From IMG/VR virus record IMGVR_UViG_3300025133_009446, positions 11,428 to 75,427 of that record: a stretch of 64,000 nt of DNA, one strand, 5' to 3'. This stretch comes from a virus. Numbering within the stretch: the stretch's first letter is position 1; each line of letters starts with the position of its first letter. This document shows, one piece after another, positions 57,768 through 64,000 of the stretch. The position numbers and the translations under genes were made by a program. The notes under the pieces were generated by a model, which made no database searches, was not told the origin of the DNA, and was given only the letters and a program-made list of their open reading frames with translations.

Positions 57768-58886
57768 CTACTTTTTTATTAAACTGTAAAAATATTTAGA
57801 CCAATTTTCAAACAACAATTGTTCTTTTTTGCTTTCATACATTGTTGGGATATGGTGTTGTCTAGAAACTTCTGATCCGGTTATTTTGCCTATATACTTC
57901 TTTCTAAAAGCAGCTGCAGGATTTTTTTCTGCGCCTTTAACATTCTTGGAATAATCATTTGGCACAACATGTTCAGAACCATCTGGCATTATTACTTTAA
58001 GATCATCTTTAATATTAATTTTTTTAGCCACTAACTCTACCCAAGAATCCCATAATTTTTGAGATATATTTTTTGCATCAGTTTCTTTTGCAATCTGTCT
58101 TAAAAATTCTAAGTATTCTTCGGCCAATTCAATGCCCCTAGGTCCGAGTTTAATTATGTTGCTATCGAATTCCCCCGCTTGAATAACTTTTTTACCAGAT
58201 GTAGTAACTTTAGGTGTTCGAAATCCTTTACCTCCAGGTGTCAATATGTTAAATTTTTTTGATATTCCTTTATATATGTTGAGGTTGATAGAGTCAATAC
58301 AACCTAAGCGTCCAATAACTAATTGAGTTGCAAACGCCGCTTTTGGTAAGCCAAATCCTGGTAATGTTAATGCTTGCAAATAAATATTAAACAATGCTTC
58401 TTCTTTTTTTAGCCCACTAGAATTATTATATTCACTGAACAAGCTACTAAAACTAGAATATATGTTTTCTCTGTTTTTCCACAAATAATCAATTGCATGT
58501 TTTCGCGGTCCCATAACTAACTGTCCAAACCCAGGAAAATCATATCTAGGTTTAGCTTCACCAGGATTTTGTAAATTAGCATCAGTCATTAAACCATCAT
58601 TTTTATGCACAAAGTTCATTAACAATGGAAATTTTGGTACCACATCATACCATCTCATTTGTTGAGTCCCAATTACAAACATGAATACATTGGCCAATTG
58701 ATCTGGAGAGTATTGTGCGTATTCGTTGATGAGAGGATTATATTTACAAAAACCAGAGTCCAATTCTTTAGATAGATCTAATACGTTATCTTCTGGGGTT
58801 TCCTCTGGGGTTTCCTCTGGAACGGGCACTTCTTCGCTTTCGACTTCTTTAATAAACTTTCGCCAATTTTCAAATAGTAATTTCAT
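57768..58886 (-). CDS. HhH-fold (DNA-glycosylase-like) protein with an MKLLFENW leader
   Basis: LTLPGFGLPKAAFATQL...GCIDSINL resembles helix-hairpin-helix plus Asp; LLFENW occurs at both termini. Confidence 0.55.
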   Translation of the reverse strand: MKLLFENWRKFIKEVESEEVPVPEETPEETPEDNVLDLSKELDSGFCKYNPLINEYAQYSPDQLANVFMFVIGTQQMRWYDVVPKFPLLMNFVHKNDGLMTDANLQNPGEAKPRYDFPGFGQLVMGPRKHAIDYLWKNRENIYSSFSSLFSEYNNSSGLKKEEALFNIYLQALTLPGFGLPKAAFATQLVIGRLGCIDSINLNIYKGISKKFNILTPGGKGFRTPKVTTSGKKVIQAGEFDSNIIKLGPRGIELAEEYLEFLRQIAKETDAKNISQKLWDSWVELVAKKINIKDDLKVIMPDGSEHVVPNDYSKNVKGAEKNPAAAFRKKYIGKITGSEVSRQHHIPTMYESKKEQLLFENWSKYFYSLIKK

Positions 58887-58921
58887 ATTTATAAGTAGTT
58901 AGTTCTTGTAGTATAATACAT

Positions 58922-59011
58922 TTATTTAAAAACACACCAGCTAATTAACATTGTTAACCCAACAACCGAAAGACCGCCGAGAAGCCCTAAAGTACAAAAC
59001 AGTAGACCCAC
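58922..59011 (-). CDS. Putative 29-aa single-TM micro-protein
   Basis: GTG start overlapping the upstream TAG; MGLLFCTLGLLGGLSVVGLTMLISWCVFK; fills the intergenic gap. Confidence 0.4.
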   Translation of the reverse strand: MGLLFCTLGLLGGLSVVGLTMLISWCVFK

Positions 59012-61131
59012 TATTTACCGCCACATGCAGTTTCATCTAGGATTTCAAGAAGATTAGTATACATTGTAATCGCACTCATTGTTAACTCATAAAGTTTACC
59101 AACGGAGCCAGCAGCGGTTAATGCTTTATAATTGTCGCTTCCAGGTCCCATAGTAGTCAATATATAAGATGTAAACACATAAACTGCCAAATCATCAGCA
59201 GCGTTAATCATATCTACCAAAATAGATTCTGTAATCTGTGGATTAAGATATGTTTGACCTTGTTCATCTGAAAACAAAATAATTACGTGTTTTGCATCAT
59301 CTCTCCAGCTAATATCCCAATCCTCTTTTGGAGGAACAGATTCTCCTGTACTGCTCCAGACTCCCAGACCACTGTTCCAAAATAAATCTGAAATTGGATA
59401 TGGAAGAGCCGCAGCGCTAACTAAATTGTGAATTGATAAGTATATTGCATCATAGTTTTGTTCATCTCCTCCATTTAGAGTAAGACCCAAACTTGAAAAA
59501 ATGGTCATAAACGCTTCAAAGTCAACTAGATCTGTTTGAAGAACTACTCTTTGTGTGTTTAACGATCCGTTGCCAAAGCCTGTTGCCGCAGTGAAAACTA
59601 AACCCCATTTTACCACCTCTGAATCACTATAATGTGCAGCAAATTGATTTAATGCAGTAGTAACTGCATTGATTTCCTCCACCATTGAGCCTGAAAGATC
59701 AATAATAAAAAGAATGTCTGTTGGTTCTAGTTTTTTATCTTCATCTATTTTACCGTCACAATTTGTATCAGTTCCATTGCAAATATCTTCAGGTTGTGGG
59801 ACTATCTCCCCTAAGCATAGCTTATTGATAAATAAGCCATTATCATCATAATTCCCCCAGCTACCGACATCGCAAATCATTTCACCAGGAACGCATATTC
59901 CAATTAGCAATGTCTCCGGAGGTCCACTATAACAGCTAGCAATCAACCCTTCGTCAACTTGATCGTTGCAGTTGTCATCATGATTATTACACTCTTCTGG
60001 CTTAATTTCACCCAAATACATATCACATGTAGATCCAGTCGGCACTATTCCTGGTAGCCAATGACAAACAGCTAAACACTCACTTAAGCCTAATTCTGTG
60101 CAGTCTTCATCGATACATTCACATGTTTTATATCCTTCTCCGCAGACTAATGGCTTTTCTTTGCATGGTAATAATTTACCGATATCCTGTACTGTGCAGA
60201 GACAATCTAAATTTTCATCAACCTTACCATCACAATCATCATCTAAACCATTACATATTTCCGGCTTAGGTTGCTTAGCTGTACAAATCCATTGACCTCC
60301 AACACAATATTGCAAATTTGTTTCACAATCTGTAGAACATTCACCTATTAAGTCTTCATCGATCAAGCCATTACAGTTATTATCTACACCATCGCAGAGT
60401 TCTTCATCGAGAGGTCCGCACTTCCCACAAACATTTAATTGCCCTTCATCTATTTGCCCGTCGCAGTCATCGTCCAAACCATTACATATTTCTTCCGGGG
60501 CTTTACCGCACGTGCCGCATGCGTTAGCCACTCCTTCATCAATTTGCCCATCACAATTGTTATCGATATAGTCACATACCTCTTCAGGAGCGTCCCCACA
60601 GCCTCCACAAGCGTTCTTAACACCCTCGTCTATGTCACCATCACAATCGTTGTCTAAGAGGTCACAAATCTCCTCTGAGCAGTCTGATTTACAATCTGTA
60701 TATTGAATTTGTCCTTTATTACAAAGCTTTTCCTTAAAACCAGGATATCCACCTTCAGTGACGCATGGAATATTAGATTCTAGAACAGTTTGTGCAGGAT
60801 TGCACTCTAAATGTTCTTCGCATGCGCTTTCATATACAACTGTGTTTGGATCTTCGCACGTATTAATACAAATTTGTTTCTGCCACACAACATCTAGATT
60901 TCCGCAAAAATACCAATCACATTTAACGCACGGATCCGTCCAAATTGAATAAATGTCCTCTTCTGTTTCTTTTATGTCTTCAGTTTCAACAGAATCTGGT
61001 TCTGTACTATCATATGCATCAATAAAAGTGTCTTCTTTGTGGATATCAGCGGAATGTACAGTTGATTGTCCGTTTTCTTTTGAGCAAGAAAACACAAAAA
61101 GTATTAACATGATTGTCCAAAGTCTAGACAA
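59011..61131 (-). CDS. Lipoprotein with Cys/Asp-rich putative metal-binding (MopE-like) repeats and a C-terminal vWA domain
   Basis: Lipobox-like VFSC; ~7 copies of E.C(N/D)G.D(D/N).C(D/N)G.(I/V)DE; ILFIIDLSGSM MIDAS, IILFSDE. Confidence 0.85.
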   Translation of the reverse strand: MSRLWTIMLILFVFSCSKENGQSTVHSADIHKEDTFIDAYDSTEPDSVETEDIKETEEDIYSIWTDPCVKCDWYFCGNLDVVWQKQICINTCEDPNTVVYESACEEHLECNPAQTVLESNIPCVTEGGYPGFKEKLCNKGQIQYTDCKSDCSEEICDLLDNDCDGDIDEGVKNACGGCGDAPEEVCDYIDNNCDGQIDEGVANACGTCGKAPEEICNGLDDDCDGQIDEGQLNVCGKCGPLDEELCDGVDNNCNGLIDEDLIGECSTDCETNLQYCVGGQWICTAKQPKPEICNGLDDDCDGKVDENLDCLCTVQDIGKLLPCKEKPLVCGEGYKTCECIDEDCTELGLSECLAVCHWLPGIVPTGSTCDMYLGEIKPEECNNHDDNCNDQVDEGLIASCYSGPPETLLIGICVPGEMICDVGSWGNYDDNGLFINKLCLGEIVPQPEDICNGTDTNCDGKIDEDKKLEPTDILFIIDLSGSMVEEINAVTTALNQFAAHYSDSEVVKWGLVFTAATGFGNGSLNTQRVVLQTDLVDFEAFMTIFSSLGLTLNGGDEQNYDAIYLSIHNLVSAAALPYPISDLFWNSGLGVWSSTGESVPPKEDWDISWRDDAKHVIILFSDEQGQTYLNPQITESILVDMINAADDLAVYVFTSYILTTMGPGSDNYKALTAAGSVGKLYELTMSAITMYTNLLEILDETACGGK

Positions 61132-61195
61132 TTTCTTTATCCCCTATAATAAGTAGGAGCAGAAACTGCATTTTAAAAAAAATGAACGTTTTTTT

Positions 61196-61549
61196 TTATT
61201 CTCTTTGCTTGATTGGCAGCGGGAATTTAATAAATTTAACGTTTAAAACACGATCACTATCTTCATCTTTGAGTTTTAATAGTGCATTTTTTAAATATAT
61301 TCCATATTCTCTTAATGGGCGATCAGGAATGAACTTTAGATGCATAACTACCTCTTTTTGGTTGGGTTGGATGTCAACAACGCCACCTTCTTCTGCTTTT
61401 GCGATTGTAATACCGTTAATTGCTCTAATTTTGTTAAATACCGGTCCATATAGTGCAAATGCCTTCTCATATCGCAGCTTAACATCGACTTCGAAGTGTG
61501 TAAGTCCCTCTGAGAGGTAAGAGTTCCATCTTTCTAAGAGTTTTTTCAT
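61196..61549 (-). CDS. Hypothetical protein with a W-motif leader
   Basis: MKKLLERWNSYLSE; CTATTTA at 61557-61563. Confidence 0.75.
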   Translation of the reverse strand: MKKLLERWNSYLSEGLTHFEVDVKLRYEKAFALYGPVFNKIRAINGITIAKAEEGGVVDIQPNQKEVVMHLKFIPDRPLREYGIYLKNALLKLKDEDSDRVLNVKFIKFPLPIKQRE

Positions 61550-61605
61550 TGCATATTAAATAGTTTATGGCTAATAAAAAGCATTATTAGCCCAATATCT
61601 TAGTC

Positions 61606-61643
61606 AAAAAAGGGCTATTTTGGGCTTAAAATGCCCTTTTTTT
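61606..61643. terminator. Probable intrinsic terminator, possibly bidirectional
   Basis: aaaaaagggc-t-atttt-gggctt-aaaat-gccctttttt hairpin with A/T tracts on both sides, just downstream of the 61653 stop. Confidence 0.7.
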
Positions 61644-61652
61644 AAGGGTTTT

Positions 61653-61853
61653 TTATAAATCTATGATGATTATACCGTCATTTTCTTCAATTTCTTCTGT
61701 TTTTGGGGGCTTTTCCATGAAATTTGGCACTGGAAGCTCTAAAAATGGTCTAAAATGGTCATTTTGTTGCTCTTTTTGTTCTTTTTGCTCTTTTTTAATC
61801 AAAATATTGATCATTTCGATGTCAAAGTCTGAAAAATCATCAAAAAGTGGCAT
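61653..61853 (-). CDS. Small acidic hypothetical protein
   Basis: Start moved to MPLFDD (61853) after SD GGAG; CTATTTA at 61873-61879. Confidence 0.65.
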   Translation of the reverse strand: MPLFDDFSDFDIEMINILIKKEQKEQKEQQNDHFRPFLELPVPNFMEKPPKTEEIEENDGIIIIDL

Positions 61854-61884
61854 AATTTCACTCCATTTATAGTAAATAGGGCAC

Positions 61885-62040
61885 TTAAACGCCTCCAGCA
61901 CCGGGTGGGGCGCTTTTTGAGCGTTCTTTTGGTGGGTTTTTTACAAAAGGAGCCGATCCTTTCTTCTGTTTACCCCTTCCCAGCACTCTAAGCTTCTGTT
62001 TTCTGTGTTTTTTTGTTACTTTTTTCTGATATGGTTCCAT
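61885..62040 (-). CDS. Very basic 51-aa protein
   Basis: Not in the ORF track; MEPYQKKVTKKHRKQKLRVLGRGKQKKGSAPFVKNPPKERSKSAPPGAGGV; starts 2 nt after the upstream stop. Confidence 0.7.
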   Translation of the reverse strand: MEPYQKKVTKKHRKQKLRVLGRGKQKKGSAPFVKNPPKERSKSAPPGAGGV

Positions 62041-62042
62041 TT

Positions 62043-62825
62043 TTAGTGTTCGCCGTTCATTGACATCATTTTATCATAAGATAATATCCTCAAACTAGAC
62101 AATTTCTTCAAATAATCGTTCCTTCTGAGCAATTTGAACGTTAAATTCTCCACAGAGAAGGCTCCGGTGCGCTCTAAACCCGATTTTCTGAACTTTCGTA
62201 TGCGATTTTTGAGATTATCTGCCAATTTTAGTGCTTTTTCGTAGTATTTGTTCGAAAATAGCTCATAAACCTCGTCAACATCGCTCATAAGCGCAGAAGT
62301 TTTCTTCTCAACGTTCCTTTGATCGACTTTTACGTCCATTTTAGATGGTTTTCGCACCCATCGACTGTTTTTTATTGAATATATGCCCGTAGAATAGTGG
62401 GGTTCGCTAACATCTTGTACATAAATCTCTACTTCATACCCTTTTATTGTGATTTTATGCTTATTATTCCACTCTCTGGCTGCAATACTCATGTATTCTC
62501 TCACCAAATCCATGTTTTCATCGATATCAGGGAAACTTATTATAATATGTAAGTCAATATCTGAGTAATTTGACCAATTAAAGTTTGCTAAAGAGCCAGT
62601 AAAGGTAACGTTATGTATTCTTACAGCCTCAATGTTTAAATCTTGCATAAAAGCCTTGGCAATTTCATAAAGACGATCAGCAATCTCTTGCTTTATGGAG
62701 TGTTCGCTCTCCCAGATAACAGGATTTAAGGTTTTTTGCAGTTGTAGACTCTCAATATCCATTGCTGGATCGTTTTCTATGATGTCTTGTACGAATATTT
62801 TCCAATTTTCTTGTATATTGTTCAA
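62043..62825 (-). CDS. Pol-beta-superfamily nucleotidyltransferase
   Basis: TGSLANFNWSNYSDIDLHI (GS...DxD) and a third acidic residue in VEIYVQD. Confidence 0.8.
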   Translation of the reverse strand: MNNIQENWKIFVQDIIENDPAMDIESLQLQKTLNPVIWESEHSIKQEIADRLYEIAKAFMQDLNIEAVRIHNVTFTGSLANFNWSNYSDIDLHIIISFPDIDENMDLVREYMSIAAREWNNKHKITIKGYEVEIYVQDVSEPHYSTGIYSIKNSRWVRKPSKMDVKVDQRNVEKKTSALMSDVDEVYELFSNKYYEKALKLADNLKNRIRKFRKSGLERTGAFSVENLTFKLLRRNDYLKKLSSLRILSYDKMMSMNGEH

Positions 62826-62826
62826 T

Positions 62827-63561
62827 TTATATCTCCGCTTGCGCTAATTTTGCATAATCACCATATGGATCTGATATGATAGCCTCAATTCCGTTCTCTT
62901 TAGAGTCTGCTATGTCTTCAGGATCATCATCGTGATGAATCTTAGAGCCTAATGTAAGTAGTGTCTCTATTTTTGATTTTCCATTAGTAAAATAGATGCC
63001 ATCAACAGATAAACCATGTTCATCAACAAATTCTTGCACTGATCGCTGATATGAGGTAGCCTTTGCTCGTGATTCACCTTCTTCATACCTAGATGTTACT
63101 ATATATACTGTATTTCCCTTAAGTTTGTGCATTTTTAGCTTTTCTATAAATGGGGTGTGTGGACCAATATACTCATAACCATCGAATTCATCGCTCCAAT
63201 GGGATAAAGATAGGGTATCATCAAAGTCAAATGTAACAATTTTTCGGGTTCCAGTCACTTCCATAGCAAAATCAAGTACTGCGCCATCAATATCATCTGG
63301 TAAATTCCAATTTTCCATCATCTCTGACGTTAAATCGCCAAGCTGCATGGACGTTACACCAGATTCTTTATACAATTTCCAGAGTTTATTAATAAAATCT
63401 TCTTTATTTTCGGGTTGAAAATTCTGAATCAATTCATTAGCACCTTTTTCAAACTTACCCCAAGCGCCAGAAATAGTTTGAAGATGTGATGCTAGTGAAT
63501 GATCAATTACTCCATCTGCTTCTTTTAAATACTGTCGCCAATTTTCAAATAATAGTTTCAT
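62827..63561 (-). CDS. HAD-like phosphatase with an MKLLFENW leader
   Basis: TFDFDDTL, YIVTSR, K, HHDDD; start moved to MKLLFENWRQYLKE at 63561. Confidence 0.75.
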   Translation of the reverse strand: MKLLFENWRQYLKEADGVIDHSLASHLQTISGAWGKFEKGANELIQNFQPENKEDFINKLWKLYKESGVTSMQLGDLTSEMMENWNLPDDIDGAVLDFAMEVTGTRKIVTFDFDDTLSLSHWSDEFDGYEYIGPHTPFIEKLKMHKLKGNTVYIVTSRYEEGESRAKATSYQRSVQEFVDEHGLSVDGIYFTNGKSKIETLLTLGSKIHHDDDPEDIADSKENGIEAIISDPYGDYAKLAQAEI

Positions 63562-63574
63562 TTTAAAAATTCCA

Positions 63575-64000
63575 TTATGCCCCATCATAAACTTCATTAA
63601 AATATTGCTGTACCTGCTGATCCTCACCATATTCAAGATCTAAAGCAACTTTAAGTTGATCCAAATCTTTACGCTTCTCATCAGAGGGCAGTGTTACATA
63701 TGGGAGAAATAAATCCGGATTGCTCTCTCTTTGCCATTCATTGTGGTCTATCCATACTTCATGAAACAGGTTAGCTAATTTTTCAATATCAACAATACTT
63801 TCTGGTGTTCCGACTACCTTAACAGCCTTAGCATAATCAACAGCAGGAGCGCCATTTAGTTTGTGAGCCAATTCAGGAACAATTAATTCAGCAGGTTGAT
63901 TGATGTCTTGTTGTAAAACACCATCGATTATTTCTAATTTTTCACAACCATGCAACCTTTCTAAAGCTTCTTCCGGTGTTTCTCTCCCTTGAAGCGGGAC
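63575..64000 (-). CDS. RyR-domain-like protein, 5' end outside the window
   Basis: LANLFHEVW...NPDLFLPYVTLPSDEKRKD resembles the RyR repeat; the frame stays open to position 64000. Confidence 0.6.
   Translation of the reverse strand, partial: VPLQGRETPEEALERLHGCEKLEIIDGVLQQDINQPAELIVPELAHKLNGAPAVDYAKAVKVVGTPESIVDIEKLANLFHEVWIDHNEWQRESNPDLFLPYVTLPSDEKRKDLDQLKVALDLEYGEDQQVQQYFNEVYDGA

Noticed and set aside
1208-61872. The many short plus-strand and nested alternate-frame ORFs in the track
   Set aside because: They are antisense or out-of-frame shadows of long motif-bearing minus-strand genes, with no recognisable motifs; only 47710-48447 is accepted on the plus strand
1-64000. Stop-codon reassignment (as in some huge phages)
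   Set aside because: Code 11 gives near-complete coding density with intact long genes, and TAA, TAG and TGA all end genes

Overview
This is a low-GC, gene-dense fragment of a large tailed (myovirus-like, probably jumbo/huge) bacteriophage genome. Almost every gene lies on the minus strand, in genetic code 11, many with Shine-Dalgarno sites. It has four blocks. (1) 1-22.1 kb is a baseplate/tail-tip module: a LamG-containing giant protein running off the left edge, a DNRLRE-like protein, T4 gp6-like and gp25-like wedge proteins, a 2468-aa unknown, a spike-like protein and a multi-domain tail lysin. (2) 22.1-23.9 kb holds a gp55-like sigma factor and small genes. (3) 23.9-44.0 kb is a ~20-kb island of about 21 glycan synthesis/modification genes. 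It includes what looks like a complete NeuB/KdsA-independent CMP-ulosonate pathway with a GT29-like transferase, plus a plant-type DUF579 methyltransferase. (4) 44-64 kb carries a Cas4-like nuclease, PIN-PhoH, a trypsin-like lipoprotein, a tmRNA (tag ANDNVELDYALAA), PurA, a Cys-repeat/vWA lipoprotein, and several unrelated proteins sharing an N-terminal 'MKLLFENWRxF/YLxE' tag, many preceded by a CTAnTTA motif. All family calls come from motifs read by eye; no database searches were run.
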